64,000 nt of DNA. Source: Ignavibacteriales bacterium (GTDB taxonomy: Bacteria; Bacteroidota; Ignavibacteria; UBA10030; SZUA-254). Below the pieces are notes generated by a model. It made no database searches, had not been told where the DNA came from, and saw nothing but the letters and a program-made list of their open reading frames with translations. Below, one piece after another: positions 1 through 12,067 of this stretch (position 1 is the first letter of the stretch; every line of letters begins with the position of its first letter). The DNA lies in the NCBI GenBank assembly GCA_016218025.1, contig JACRFD010000044.1, forward strand, positions 4,073 to 68,072. Direction: 5' to 3'. The position numbers and the translations under genes are program-made.

Positions 1-762
<762 letters not shown>

Positions 763-791
763 ATAAATCATCAACAGATCGATTGTTACTA

Positions 792-1880
792 ATGAAATCA
801 AAACATACATATCTTCATCATCGAATCAGTTCTCTTCGAGCTGATTTTGCAGAGATGAAGATCGATGCGTTCTTAATTACATTTCAGCCGCATCTCAGAT
901 ATATCACAGGATTTTCAGGTTCAAACGGGATTGCCTTAGTAACACGCGACAATGCATATTTATTGACAGACGGAAGATACGCAACACAGGTTAAAAAAGA
1001 GACTAGTGGATGGAAGATTTCAATAACAGCGCAAGATCTTTTTGATAAATTGAAGGAGGAAAAATTATTAAGACCACAAATGAGGATTGGGTTCGATGGT
1101 AATACTCTCGTATTTACTTCATACAAACGGTTGAAAAAGATTTTTCCGAAAGTTGTTTTCCTTCCTAAAGTTGATACGATAGAAAGAATCGCAATACGAA
1201 AAGATCAATATGAAATTGAATTCATTAAACGTGCAGTTGAAATAACAGATTCCGTATTTATGGAAATACTGCCTCTGCTTAAACCCGGAGTAAGTGAACT
1301 GGATATTGCCGCCGAGATATCATACCGGCATAAAATTCACGGCGCCGAGGGTGATGGCTTTGCACCGATTGTAGTAAGTGGAGCTAAAGGTGCACTTCCG
1401 CATGGCAAGCCTTCCGAGAAAAAAATCAAAAAAGGCGAAATGGTTACGCTCGATTTCGGTTCTGTTTATAACGGATACCACAGCGACTTAACAAGAACGG
1501 TTGGAATTGGAAGCCTATCCGGTGAATCAAAAAAAATATACAACACAGTTCTCGAAGCACAGTTGAAAGCTATTGAATCTGCCAAAGCCGGTATTGCTGC
1601 TAAAGAATTAGACCGTATTGCACGCGATTATATAAATAAAAAAGGGTATGGAAAATATTTTAAGCATTCGCTCGGACACGGAATCGGACTTCAAATTCAT
1701 GAACAACCACGGCTCTCTGTTTTGAGTAAAGCTGTTCTAAAAAACGGAAATGTTGTAACGATTGAACCGGGGATTTACATCCCGGAGTCTGGGGGAGTCC
1801 GGATCGAAGATGATATTGTAATCACAGACGGATACCCTGAAATACTGAATAAATCACCTAAAGACCTAATCATCTTATAG
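792..1880 (+). CDS. Xaa-Pro aminopeptidase/dipeptidase (M24B)
   Basis: Creatinase N-domain (YITGFSGS, TDGRY); metal motifs DFG..YHSDLTRT, HSLGHGIG, EPGIY, GVRIEDD. Confidence 0.93.
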   Translation: MKSKHTYLHHRISSLRADFAEMKIDAFLITFQPHLRYITGFSGSNGIALVTRDNAYLLTDGRYATQVKKETSGWKISITAQDLFDKLKEEKLLRPQMRIGFDGNTLVFTSYKRLKKIFPKVVFLPKVDTIERIAIRKDQYEIEFIKRAVEITDSVFMEILPLLKPGVSELDIAAEISYRHKIHGAEGDGFAPIVVSGAKGALPHGKPSEKKIKKGEMVTLDFGSVYNGYHSDLTRTVGIGSLSGESKKIYNTVLEAQLKAIESAKAGIAAKELDRIARDYINKKGYGKYFKHSLGHGIGLQIHEQPRLSVLSKAVLKNGNVVTIEPGIYIPESGGVRIEDDIVITDGYPEILNKSPKDLIIL

Positions 1881-1891
1881 TATTAAAATTT

Positions 1892-3181
1892 GTGACTGAT
1901 TCTCAAGTAAAATTAAGAAACGTTCTCGTTATTGCATATTATTTCCCGCCCATGGGTTTAAGCGGCGTTCAACGCACATTGAAGTTTGTAAAATATCTTC
2001 CGCAATTCGGCTGGCAGCCCACTGTTTTAACAGTAACCCCAACCGGATATTTTGCTCAAGATTACACTTTGCTGGATGAACTTCATCCCAATCATGTGGA
2101 AATCGAAAGAGTCGGTTCGCTCGATCCGAACAGGTTATTCCGTAAAAAGGGTGTAGTGAAAATGCCATCTGAAAAATGGCGTAAACTATTTTCGTTTATC
2201 AGTGATACATTTTTTATCCCTGACAATAAAATCGGCTGGAAACGGAAAGCGATTAAAAAGGCGGATGAGCTATTTCTCAGTAAAAACTTCGATGTTATTT
2301 ATGCGACTGCGCCGCCGTTTACCGATTTTGTAATAGGTACAGAACTTCATAAAAAATATAAAAAACCTTTGGTAATAGATTATCGCGATCCCTGGCACGA
2401 TTATCCATACAAACATTATCCGACACCTTTGCATAAGTTAGTCAATTATAAATTAGAAAAGAAAACATTAAAATCGAGCTCGCGTGTTCTCGTCACGAGC
2501 CGTCGGACAAAGGAATTGATCCTGAAGCGTTTTAAATTTTTAGAGTACCATGATGTTACAATTTTATCGCACGGATATGATCCGGCTGATTTAAATGATA
2601 ATCCGAAAATTCATATTGAGAAAACGAACCGGATGAGAATTTCTCATGCCGGAGTATTTTATGCAGACCGCACACCGAAATATATGTTTGAAGCTCTGAG
2701 GAATTTATTCCGATCAAAACCGGAATTGAAAAATCAAATTGAACTATATTTGATAGGAACTTTGCAGGATGAATTTGTGAAGATGATCCATAAATTGGGG
2801 CTTGAAGGAAATGTTCATTCAACAGGATATTTAGATCATAACCATTGTATCGCTCATCTGAAAACTGCAGATGTTTTATGGCTGACGATGAACAATGATG
2901 CGCAATCACCGGGCAAGTTGTATGAATATTTAGGATTGATGAAACCGATTTTAGCAACTGTTCGTCAGGGATTTGTGGCTCAGACTTTAAAAGAATCTGG
3001 TGGTGCAACAATTGTTTCGCCGACGAATGTAGAAGAAATTCAAAATACAATCATACAGCTATTCGAATTTTATAAACAAAAGAAATTTGAATTGCCAAAG
3101 AAAGAAATGGTTGAAAAATTCAATCGTGTTGAATTAACAAATGAGCTTTCTAAAATCTTCGGATTTCTGGTGAACGAATGA
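1892..3181 (+). CDS. Glycosyltransferase family 4
   Basis: IAYYFPP..SGVQR N-terminus, DYRDPW, PGKLYEY motifs. Confidence 0.85.
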   Translation: MTDSQVKLRNVLVIAYYFPPMGLSGVQRTLKFVKYLPQFGWQPTVLTVTPTGYFAQDYTLLDELHPNHVEIERVGSLDPNRLFRKKGVVKMPSEKWRKLFSFISDTFFIPDNKIGWKRKAIKKADELFLSKNFDVIYATAPPFTDFVIGTELHKKYKKPLVIDYRDPWHDYPYKHYPTPLHKLVNYKLEKKTLKSSSRVLVTSRRTKELILKRFKFLEYHDVTILSHGYDPADLNDNPKIHIEKTNRMRISHAGVFYADRTPKYMFEALRNLFRSKPELKNQIELYLIGTLQDEFVKMIHKLGLEGNVHSTGYLDHNHCIAHLKTADVLWLTMNNDAQSPGKLYEYLGLMKPILATVRQGFVAQTLKESGGATIVSPTNVEEIQNTIIQLFEFYKQKKFELPKKEMVEKFNRVELTNELSKIFGFLVNE

Positions 3182-4467
3182 AATTATTGATTATCGGTTC
3201 AGGAGGGCGTGAACACGCATTGGCTTGGAAACTCAAACAATCGCCGGATGTTGAAAAAATATTTTGTGCACCGGGGAATGCGGGAATTGCATCGGTTGCT
3301 GAACTTGTGCCGATAAAAATTATCGATATTACCGGTTTGGTGAACTTTGCGATTGAGAATGAAATTGATTTTACGATAGTTGGCTCGGAACAACCTCTTG
3401 CCCTCGGAATTGTTGATCAATTTGAGCAACATCACCTGAAAATATTTGGACCTTCTAAACTTGCCGCTGAACTTGAAAGCAGTAAAGTATTTGCAAAACA
3501 TTTTTTGAAAAAATATAATATTCCAACTGCTGAATTCCGTTCTTTTTCAGTTGCCGAGAAATATGATGCTGAAAGATATATAAATGAAATACCCGCGCCT
3601 ATTGTTGTAAAAGCTGATGGACTTGCTGCTGGTAAAGGCGTTTCGGTTTGCGAATCCAAAGAAGATGCGCTCGATGCAATCCGCTCTATGTTCGATCAAA
3701 AAATATTCGGCGATGCCGGATCGAACATTATAATCGAAGAATTTTTAGAAGGTGAAGAAGCATCTGTATTTGCTCTCTGTGATGGAATCAATTACAAGTT
3801 GCTTTCGCCTGCACAGGATCATAAAAGAATTTTGGATGATGATAAAGGAAAAAATACCGGTGGTATGGGTGCTTATGCACCTGCACCTATTATGACTGCC
3901 GACTTATTTCAGTATGTAGCAAAAGAAATAATCGAACCTACGCTTAGAGGAATGCAGCTTGAAGGAAGACCCTATAAAGGTTGTCTTTACGTCGGACTTA
4001 TGATCACACAAACAGGTCCGCGGGTAATTGAGTTTAATTGCAGATTCGGAGACCCTGAAACACAGGTGGTTTTACCATTACTCAAATCAGATTTATTATC
4101 TTTGTTAATTGCATCAATTGAGGGAAAAATCGATAAAGAGAGAGTAGAGCTTTCAAAAAATAATGCTGTTTGTGTAGTCATTGCTTCGGGCGGATATCCC
4201 GATGAATATCAGATTGATAAACCAATTTTCGGTTTGAAACAGTTTGATGATACAAAAAATGTTATTATTTTTCATGCCGGAACAAAATTTATTAAAGATA
4301 CTGTGGCAACCTCCGGTGGAAGAGTGTTAGGTGTAACCGCCATCGGTTCTAAGCTGGATGAAACAATAGACCGGGCTTACAGGTCTGTAGAAAAAATTAC
4401 TTTTGATGGTGCATATTATCGTAGCGATATTGGTAAAAAAGGTTTACAACATTTGTCAATAGAATAA
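3178..4467 (+). CDS. purD: Phosphoribosylamine--glycine ligase
   Basis: GSGGREHAL, KADGLAAGKGV, QDHKR, NTGGMGAY, EFNCRFGDPE. Confidence 0.98.
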   Translation: MKLLIIGSGGREHALAWKLKQSPDVEKIFCAPGNAGIASVAELVPIKIIDITGLVNFAIENEIDFTIVGSEQPLALGIVDQFEQHHLKIFGPSKLAAELESSKVFAKHFLKKYNIPTAEFRSFSVAEKYDAERYINEIPAPIVVKADGLAAGKGVSVCESKEDALDAIRSMFDQKIFGDAGSNIIIEEFLEGEEASVFALCDGINYKLLSPAQDHKRILDDDKGKNTGGMGAYAPAPIMTADLFQYVAKEIIEPTLRGMQLEGRPYKGCLYVGLMITQTGPRVIEFNCRFGDPETQVVLPLLKSDLLSLLIASIEGKIDKERVELSKNNAVCVVIASGGYPDEYQIDKPIFGLKQFDDTKNVIIFHAGTKFIKDTVATSGGRVLGVTAIGSKLDETIDRAYRSVEKITFDGAYYRSDIGKKGLQHLSIE

Positions 4468-4481
4468 ATATAATTGAAAGA

Positions 4482-5408
4482 TTGAACTTGAAAATATTAA
4501 TTACAGGCGGAGCCGGATTCATCGCATCTCATATCACAGATGCTTGCTTGAAAGCAGGTCATTATGTTGTTATTATTGATGACCTTTCATCAGGGAGTAT
4601 AGAGAATGTAAATCCGGGAGCGAAATTTGTTAAGTTAGATATCAGAGATGATCAAATCAAAGAAATATTCCGAAATGAAAAATTCGATGCAATAATTCAC
4701 CATGCAGCCCAGATGGATGTAAGGAAGTCGGTTGAAAATCCTAAGTTTGATGCTGATGTGAATATTGTTGGTTCTATAAATTTATTAGAGAATGCTAAAG
4801 AGTTTGGAGTTCAAAAATTTATTTTCGCCTCGACCGGCGGTGCTATCTATGGTGAGCAGGATTATTTTCCAGCAGATGAAAAACATCCTGTCAGACCGTT
4901 ATCACCTTACGGAATCGCAAAGCTTGCCGTAGAAAAATATCTTTTTTATTATCATGCAGTTTTTGGTTTACAATACATTGCATTAAGATATGCGAATGTG
5001 TATGGTCCACGACAAAACCCGCACGGAGAAGCAGGTGTTGTTGCAATTTTTGCCAGCAAAATGCTTGATGAAAATCAGCCGGTAATTAACGGAGATGGAT
5101 CTCAAACACGCGATTATGTGTTTGTGGCGGATGTTGTGCGCGCTAATCTTCTGGCGCTCAATTATCCCCAATCCGATACTTTTAATGTCGGGACAGGTAT
5201 TGAATCGGATGTGAATACACTATTTCATCATATTCGTGAATTATCAAGATCGAAATGTAAAGATCTTCATGCCGATGCAAAAAAGGGTGAACAATTACGA
5301 AGTGTTCTCGATTACAAAAAAATTAAGAGTGTGTTGGGATGGGATCCTTTAATAAATTTGGAAGAGGGATTAAAGATGACAGTCAATTATTTTAAGAATA
5401 AAAAATGA
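4482..5408 (+). CDS. NAD-dependent epimerase (UDP-glucose 4-epimerase-like)
   Basis: TGGAGFI Rossmann motif, STGGAIYG, YGIAK (YxxxK), NVYGPRQ. Confidence 0.9.
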   Translation: MNLKILITGGAGFIASHITDACLKAGHYVVIIDDLSSGSIENVNPGAKFVKLDIRDDQIKEIFRNEKFDAIIHHAAQMDVRKSVENPKFDADVNIVGSINLLENAKEFGVQKFIFASTGGAIYGEQDYFPADEKHPVRPLSPYGIAKLAVEKYLFYYHAVFGLQYIALRYANVYGPRQNPHGEAGVVAIFASKMLDENQPVINGDGSQTRDYVFVADVVRANLLALNYPQSDTFNVGTGIESDVNTLFHHIRELSRSKCKDLHADAKKGEQLRSVLDYKKIKSVLGWDPLINLEEGLKMTVNYFKNKK

Positions 5409-6352
5409 TTTCGAATCGATTTGATATCGAGAAAATTCTGAGCGGCAGCAGGGTTTCGATTGCCCGCGCCATTTCAATGATTGAAAACGAACATCCGTTA
5501 TCAGCAGATTTTTTAAGATTGATTTATAAATATACAGGGAATGCATATAGAATCGGTATCACTGGTCCCCCGGGGGCAGGAAAAAGTACAATCACAAACA
5601 AATTAGCAAAACATTATAGAGGTCTCGGTAAACGTGTAGGGATTATTGCAGTTGATCCTACAAGTCCGTTCACAGGCGGCGCGCTTTTGGGAGATCGTGT
5701 GCGGATGACGGATGTTGAATTGGACGAAGGAGTATTCATCCGCAGCATGGCTTCACGAGGCAGTTTGGGCGGACTTAGCAAAAAGGCGAAAGAGGCTGCG
5801 GATATCCTTGATGCATCCGGTTGTGAAATTATATTATTGGAAACGGTTGGTGTTGGGCAATCGGAATTAGATATTGCGCGTGCTGCAGATACAACAGTTG
5901 TAGTACTTGTTCCCGAGTCCGGTGATTCTATACAGGCAATGAAAGCCGGACTGATGGAAATTGCCGACTTCTTCGTGTTAAACAAAGCAGATCGTGCCGG
6001 AGCTGAACAGGCAGTTATGTCGATTCAGATGGTACTGAATTTTAAGGCGAAGCAGCAGGGATGGAACCCTGACGTTTTAAAGACAACTGCAAGTGAAGGT
6101 AGAGGGGTTGCAGAAGTTGCCGATAAAATTTCAGAACATCAATCATATTTAATTTCTTCAAAACAACTTGAATTGAAGAGAAGAACAAGAATTATTGAAA
6201 GAATACGCGAGCTTGTTGGAGAAAAGCTTCATTTTGATTTCTGGAACGAAGAAAGAGACCGCCTGCTCACAGAAAAAATGAGCGATCTTGACTCTCTTCA
6301 AACCACTCCATTCGATATTGTTGACTATCTTTTGAAAAATTACAAACGATAA
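5405..6352 (+). CDS. meaB: Methylmalonyl-CoA mutase-associated GTPase
   Basis: GPPGAGKST, AVDPTSPFTGGALLGDRVRM, ETVGVGQSE, NKAD. Confidence 0.93.
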   Translation: MISNRFDIEKILSGSRVSIARAISMIENEHPLSADFLRLIYKYTGNAYRIGITGPPGAGKSTITNKLAKHYRGLGKRVGIIAVDPTSPFTGGALLGDRVRMTDVELDEGVFIRSMASRGSLGGLSKKAKEAADILDASGCEIILLETVGVGQSELDIARAADTTVVVLVPESGDSIQAMKAGLMEIADFFVLNKADRAGAEQAVMSIQMVLNFKAKQQGWNPDVLKTTASEGRGVAEVADKISEHQSYLISSKQLELKRRTRIIERIRELVGEKLHFDFWNEERDRLLTEKMSDLDSLQTTPFDIVDYLLKNYKR

Positions 6353-6405
6353 TCGTTGCTATTCTTACTAAAACCTCCTAAATTATACAAAACTATAAGG
6401 AGTTT

Positions 6406-7581
6406 ATGATGGCTGATCAGACAATAGATGGTAATATTTCCTTTGTCCCCACCGAAAATATGGTGATGATCCAAAAGGTTGCACGTGAATTTGCTGAAAA
6501 GGAAATCAAGCCGGTAGTGATGAAGTTCGATGAATCACAAAATTTTCCTTTCGAGATTACAAAGAAGATGGGAGAGTTGGGATTCATGGGCGTTATCTTC
6601 CCCGATGAATTTGGCGGATCGGGATTCGGATATGGAGAGTATATTACCGTCATCGAAGAAATTTCTCGTGTCGATCCATCGGTTGGATTAACGATCGCCG
6701 CTCATAATAGTTTATGCACAAATCATATCTTCTTGTTCGGAAATGATGAACAGAAGAAAAAATATCTTCCCGATCTTACAACAGGGGAAAAAATCGGCGC
6801 ATGGGCTCTTACAGAACCTACAAGCGGCAGTGATGCGGGCAGTATGTTAACAACCGCTGTTAGGGATGGCAATTCTTACATATTAAACGGAAGCAAAAAC
6901 TTCATCACTCATGGCAGCGTTGGTTCCACAACTGTTGTCACAGCTCTGACAGATAAATCGAAAGGGAAAAAAGGAATTTCCGCTTTCATAGTCGAAAATA
7001 ATTCTCCCGGATTTATTGTTTCCAAGAAAGAAAATAAAATGGGAATGCGGAGTTCCGATACTGCCGCGTTAGCTTTCGACAACTGCAAAATTCCAAAAGA
7101 AAATATTCTTGGCGCTGAAGGAACAGGATTTCATCAGGCGTTAACAGTTCTTGATGGAGGAAGAATCAGCATTGCCGCGCTTGCGCTCGGAATTGCACAG
7201 GGTGCGTTAGATGCGAGTATAAAATATTCAAAAGAACGAAAGCAATTCGGTAAATCGATTTCAGAATTTCAGGCAATTCAGTGGAAACTTGCAGATATTG
7301 CCACACGAATTGAAGCTGCACGATTGTTGACTTACCGTGCCGGTTTTTTGAAAGATCAGGGCAAAGAAGTCGTAGTAGAATCTTCGATGGCAAAATATTA
7401 TGCAAGTGAAGTTGCCGTAATGGCAACAAACGAGGCAGTTCAGATACATGGTGGTTATGGATTTATAAAAGATTTTCCTGTCGAAAAATTTTATAGAGAT
7501 GTTAAACTCGTTACAATTGGAGAGGGAACTTCAGAAATTCAAAAGCTCGTTATTGCGCGAGAATTGTTAGGGAAGGATTAA
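6406..7581 (+). CDS. Acyl-CoA dehydrogenase
   Basis: [34 protein letters not shown]. Confidence 0.95.
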   Translation: MMADQTIDGNISFVPTENMVMIQKVAREFAEKEIKPVVMKFDESQNFPFEITKKMGELGFMGVIFPDEFGGSGFGYGEYITVIEEISRVDPSVGLTIAAHNSLCTNHIFLFGNDEQKKKYLPDLTTGEKIGAWALTEPTSGSDAGSMLTTAVRDGNSYILNGSKNFITHGSVGSTTVVTALTDKSKGKKGISAFIVENNSPGFIVSKKENKMGMRSSDTAALAFDNCKIPKENILGAEGTGFHQALTVLDGGRISIAALALGIAQGALDASIKYSKERKQFGKSISEFQAIQWKLADIATRIEAARLLTYRAGFLKDQGKEVVVESSMAKYYASEVAVMATNEAVQIHGGYGFIKDFPVEKFYRDVKLVTIGEGTSEIQKLVIARELLGKD

Positions 7582-7585
7582 ACTG

Positions 7586-9241
7586 ATGGCAAAGGTCGGC
7601 GGTGAAATAAAAAAAGATATCACTTTCAACCGTTACGAAGACGGTCTGAAAAATATGCTCCGTGTTTTGAAAGCAAAAGCCGATTTAATTAAAAATGGCG
7701 GCGGTGATGAGGCGATAAAAAAACTTCATCAGCGAGGAAAGCTTCACGCGCGGGAAAGAATCGCGAAGCTTATCGATAAAGATAGCCATTTCCTTGAGAT
7801 CGGACTGTTTACTGCTTACGGAATGTATGAAGAATACGGAGGCGCACCATCGTCGGGCACAATTTTCGGAATCGGAAAGATTCACAATCGTGATGTGGTG
7901 ATAGTCGCTAACGATGCGACAGTGAAAGCAGGTGCCTGGTTTCCAATAACTTGCAAGAAAAATCTTCGCGCTCAGGAAATCTCAATCGAGAACCGACTGC
8001 CAATAGTTTACCTTGTTGACTCTGCCGGAGTTTTTCTTCCGCTGCAAAGTGAAATCTTTCCAGACAAAGAACATTTCGGAAGAATATTCAGAAATAACGC
8101 GGTTATGTCGTCGATGGGGATTCCTCAAATTGCCGCAATCATGGGACCTTGCGTTGCGGGCGGGGCATATCTTCCAATCATGAGTGATGAAGCGATGATA
8201 GTTGATAAAACCGGATCGGTTTTTCTTGCCGGACCTTTTCTTGTTAAAGCCGCTATCGGTGAAGATGCCGATATAGAAGAGTTAGGCGGCGCCTCAATGC
8301 ATTGCGAAGTGAGCGGAGTTACAGATTACAAAATGCCGAACGATGAAGTTTGCTTGGAGTCGATTCGTAATCTTGTATCGAAATTCGGTGCGAATCCAAA
8401 AGCCGGATTCGATAGGATTGCACCCAAACCTTCTGCTTTTCCGGCTAATGAAATTTACGGAATTCTCCCAGATGACCGCACGAAGCCGTACGATACAAAA
8501 CAAATGCTCGCTCGCATTGTTGATGACGGTGAATTCGATGAGTACAAAGCCGATTACGGAAAAACTATTGTGACAGCTTATGCCCGCATTGATGGATGGG
8601 CTGTTGGAATTGTTGCGAACCAGCGTGCAGTGACTAAAACAAAAAAAGGAGAGATGCAGGTTGGCGGCGTAATCTACAGTGATAGCGCTGACAAATCTAC
8701 GCGCTTCATACTAAATTGCAATCAAAAAAATATTCCGCTCGTTTTCTTTCAGGATGTAACAGGATTTATGGTCGGAACACGCGCAGAGCAGGGCGGCATA
8801 ATTAAAGACGGTGCTAAGATGGTTAATGCGGTAGCTAACAGCACAGTTCCTAAGATAACTTTTATCACCGGCAATAGTTACGGTGCCGGCAATTACGCCA
8901 TGTGCGGCAAAGCGTACGACCCACGATTTATTTTCGCTCTTCCAACAGCACAGATCGCGGTCATGGGCGGAAAACAAGCCAGCGAAACTTTGCTCAGTAT
9001 TAAAGTGCAACAGATGACTGCCAAGGGTAAAGAGATTTCCAAAGAAGACAAAGATAAAATGCTCAAAGAAATTTCCGACCGTTATAACACCGAACTCAAC
9101 CCACTTTATGCCGCGGCACGACTCTGGATAGATGATATCGTTGATCCGATAAATATGCGGCAAATTATCTCGCGATGCATAGAAATTTCTGCCAACAATT
9201 CTGTAGTGCCGAAATTCAATCCAGGAGTAATTCAGGTCTGA
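7586..9241 (+). CDS. Acyl-CoA carboxylase carboxyltransferase subunit (methylcrotonyl-CoA carboxylase beta-like)
   Basis: ANDATVKAG, LVDSAG, GPCVAGGAY, GAGNYAMCG, ARLWID. Confidence 0.92.
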   Translation: MAKVGGEIKKDITFNRYEDGLKNMLRVLKAKADLIKNGGGDEAIKKLHQRGKLHARERIAKLIDKDSHFLEIGLFTAYGMYEEYGGAPSSGTIFGIGKIHNRDVVIVANDATVKAGAWFPITCKKNLRAQEISIENRLPIVYLVDSAGVFLPLQSEIFPDKEHFGRIFRNNAVMSSMGIPQIAAIMGPCVAGGAYLPIMSDEAMIVDKTGSVFLAGPFLVKAAIGEDADIEELGGASMHCEVSGVTDYKMPNDEVCLESIRNLVSKFGANPKAGFDRIAPKPSAFPANEIYGILPDDRTKPYDTKQMLARIVDDGEFDEYKADYGKTIVTAYARIDGWAVGIVANQRAVTKTKKGEMQVGGVIYSDSADKSTRFILNCNQKNIPLVFFQDVTGFMVGTRAEQGGIIKDGAKMVNAVANSTVPKITFITGNSYGAGNYAMCGKAYDPRFIFALPTAQIAVMGGKQASETLLSIKVQQMTAKGKEISKEDKDKMLKEISDRYNTELNPLYAAARLWIDDIVDPINMRQIISRCIEISANNSVVPKFNPGVIQV

Positions 9242-9244
9242 CCG

Positions 9245-9934
9245 ATGCGGCTCTTGCATCTTCTATTTTTGACTTTCTTGTTGAATCAATTTCTTTTTTC
9301 GCAGCAATCCGTACCTGACTCGCTTTCGGATTATCTGCGGATCGATTCGGTCGATAATGCAAGTTTTCTGTATTCTTATTTTCCTCCGTTTTTTATTCAA
9401 AACGGGATGGAATTAAAATCATTTATAAGAAGTTCAACTTTCAAAAATATCCGCACTAAATTTGGTGATCTTAAATCGGTTGATGCCGTTTTTATCCGTG
9501 CAATGAAATTGACGAACAACAATACAGCCATATCGCTTTTGATTTCGGCGCTTGGTTGTTTCGATCATCGGATTGTCGGTTTAAAAATCCCGCTCTTTGC
9601 ACTTTTTTTTCCGCTTACGAATGAATCGGAAGAAGATTTCAAGTTGCGAGTCAACAATTTACCGAGGCATTTTTATTCTGATTCTCCCACAGGCAGGTAC
9701 GGAGACCGCGATAAGTTGCAGCATTTTTTCGGTTCTGCGTTCCTTGCATTCGTGTTCGAATCAAAAGAGTCTGCCGAAGGTATTTCCGAATTCATTGAAG
9801 TTGGCGAGGATGCTTTTATAGTTGACGGGACTTATGATGAACGCGACATCAGGGCTAACCGGCAGGGACAAAGATTCGGTACTGCCCTCATAAAAAATAA
9901 TTTTGTTCTTCCATCTGAGTATTTGAAATATTAA
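9245..9934 (+). CDS. Hypothetical exported protein with DKxxHF motif
   Basis: Signal-peptide-like N-terminus; DKLQHFFGS and DIRANRQG motifs; 3 nt after the upstream gene. Confidence 0.7.
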   Translation: MRLLHLLFLTFLLNQFLFSQQSVPDSLSDYLRIDSVDNASFLYSYFPPFFIQNGMELKSFIRSSTFKNIRTKFGDLKSVDAVFIRAMKLTNNNTAISLLISALGCFDHRIVGLKIPLFALFFPLTNESEEDFKLRVNNLPRHFYSDSPTGRYGDRDKLQHFFGSAFLAFVFESKESAEGISEFIEVGEDAFIVDGTYDERDIRANRQGQRFGTALIKNNFVLPSEYLKY

Positions 9935-9988
9935 ATTGAAATCTGACAAATAATATTTGCTGCAAAAACGGTTTATCCGGAGATATTT

Positions 9989-11362
9989 ATGAAATCAATT
10001 CTTGTTATTGATGACGAAAAAAGTGTACGCGATTCTTTAAAGATGATTCTCGAGTACGAAAAATATTCGGTTCTCTTTGCCGAAAACGGCTTGGACGGTA
10101 TAAAAGAATTTAAATCCAATCTGCCGGATGCCGTACTGCTGGATATAAAAATGCCGGGCGGTATTGATGGTATAGAAACGCTCAGGGAATTACGCAAAAT
10201 AAATTCCGATATCCCGGTTGTTATTATTTCAGGACACGGCACGCTTGAGACTGCTGTCGAGGCAGTTAAATCCGGTGCTTTCGATTATCTTCCAAAACCG
10301 CTCGACCGGGACAAACTACTAATCACATTACGAAATGCAATCGAGCGGCGTGTGCTTCATAATGAAGTGAGAAAAATTCGTGAAAAAGAAGTTATACTCG
10401 GTTCAAGTTTGAAGATGAAACAAATTCTGGATGTTATAGCGAAAGTTGGTCCAACCGATGCGCGCATTCTGATTACGGGAGAAAGTGGAAGCGGAAAAGA
10501 ATTGGTCGCTAAAGCTATTCACCGTGCAAGTAAACGATCAGAGATGCCACTTATCGAAGTAAACTGCGCCGCTATTCCGGCTGAACTGATTGAATCGGAA
10601 TTGTTCGGTCATGAAAAAGGCTCATTCACAGGCGCAACAAATCAAAGGATCGGAAAATTTGAACAGGCAGACGGCGGTACATTATTTCTCGATGAGATCG
10701 GAGATATGAGTCTGGCTGCGCAGGCAAAAGTTTTGCGCGCTCTGGAGGAAGGCAAGGTAGAACGCGTAGGCGGAAATAAAACAATTGCCGTGGATGTGCG
10801 TGTAATTGCGGCGACTAATAAAAATCTTCCTGAAGAAATTAAGAAGGGAACATTCAGGGAAGATTTGTACCACCGGCTTAATGTTATTCCGATTTCTGTC
10901 CCGTCATTGCGCGACAGGAAAGAAGATATTCCGATTCTTGTGAATTCATTTGTTGAAGAAACATGTGCAAGGAACGGAATCGCGCCGAAAAAAATTACTC
11001 CGAGAGCGATGGAATCGTTCAAGAATCAAGATTGGCGAGGTAACGTGAGGGAGCTAAGAAATATTGTTGAACGGTTAATTATTATGTCGCCAGGCGCTGC
11101 TATAGATATGGCTGATCTTGAGCTTTTATCATTTTCACCGAAAGAAACAGTCGATACGATTGTGCAATCGAGCGAATCGTTTCAGGATTTTAAAGAACGT
11201 GCAGAGGCAATGTTCATCAAACATCAATTAAAACTTCACAACTGGAATGTTTCAAAAACTGCGGAGGTGATGGAGATGGAACGGAGTCATCTTTACACAA
11301 AAATAAAGAAATACGGTTTAGAGCGCGATGCCAATTCATTATCCGATGAAGACGAAAAATAA
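9989..11362 (+). CDS. Sigma-54-dependent response regulator (NtrC/NtrX family)
   Basis: Receiver domain (DDE, LLDIKMP), AAA+ (GESGSGKE, ESELFGHEKGSFTGA), C-terminal Fis-type HTH. Confidence 0.95.
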   Translation: MKSILVIDDEKSVRDSLKMILEYEKYSVLFAENGLDGIKEFKSNLPDAVLLDIKMPGGIDGIETLRELRKINSDIPVVIISGHGTLETAVEAVKSGAFDYLPKPLDRDKLLITLRNAIERRVLHNEVRKIREKEVILGSSLKMKQILDVIAKVGPTDARILITGESGSGKELVAKAIHRASKRSEMPLIEVNCAAIPAELIESELFGHEKGSFTGATNQRIGKFEQADGGTLFLDEIGDMSLAAQAKVLRALEEGKVERVGGNKTIAVDVRVIAATNKNLPEEIKKGTFREDLYHRLNVIPISVPSLRDRKEDIPILVNSFVEETCARNGIAPKKITPRAMESFKNQDWRGNVRELRNIVERLIIMSPGAAIDMADLELLSFSPKETVDTIVQSSESFQDFKERAEAMFIKHQLKLHNWNVSKTAEVMEMERSHLYTKIKKYGLERDANSLSDEDEK

Positions 11363-11570
11363 TTTGATGGTAAACTTGAAAAGCATTTTATGAAAGGAAT
11401 TTCTAACAGACAAAAGCCGATTGTAGCGACTCTCGAGAGAAGCGATAAGTTTGCAATAAAATCGAAAAAGATTTTAAGACAATCGAAGAAAAATAAATTG
11501 AAGCAACCTCATCCCTGATTGCGTTCGATGTTTGTAAGTGGCGCCGCATCTAAGTATATTTATAAGCACT

Positions 11571-11657
11571 AAATTCGAAATCCGAAATTCTAAAAGTGAT
11601 ATTTGGAGATTCGAATTTTGGGTTTGTTTAGACATTAGAAATTAGTATTTAGGATTT
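11571..11657. repeat. Degenerate heptamer repeats in inverted arrangement
   Basis: aaattcg-aaatccg-aaattct followed by attagaa-attagta-tttagga. Confidence 0.55.
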
Positions 11658-11732
11658 CCAGTGTAAAATATTAAAACCTGTAACCTCTATTATTTACAAC
11701 CAAATATATATTTTCGATAAGAAGTAGAAAAA

Positions 11733-12050
11733 ATGCCAACATATCATTATAAATGTAAATCGTGTAAAGAAGAGTTCGAAGAGTTGCAAAGAATTTCCGA
11801 AGACGCGCTTGTCGATTGTCCGTTTTGCGGTAAACCCGCTCTTGCCCGCATGATGAGCGGCGGCGCTGGACTCGTATTTAAGGGAAGCGGATTTTACATT
11901 ACCGATTACAAAGGAAAATCACCATCAGGGAATAAACCGAAAACAGAATCAAGTTCTGAAAAGCCGTCAGAAACCAAATCTGAAACGAAGCCTGCCCCCA
12001 AAGCTGATTCGAGCAATTCAGGTTCATCAACTACGACAGAGAAGAAATAA
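11733..12050 (+). CDS. FmdB family zinc-ribbon protein
   Basis: MPTYHYKCKSC..CPFCG..FKGSGFYITDY with low-complexity tail. Confidence 0.92.
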   Translation: MPTYHYKCKSCKEEFEELQRISEDALVDCPFCGKPALARMMSGGAGLVFKGSGFYITDYKGKSPSGNKPKTESSSEKPSETKSETKPAPKADSSNSGSSTTTEKK

Positions 12051-12067
12051 AGCTATATATTTTTATT

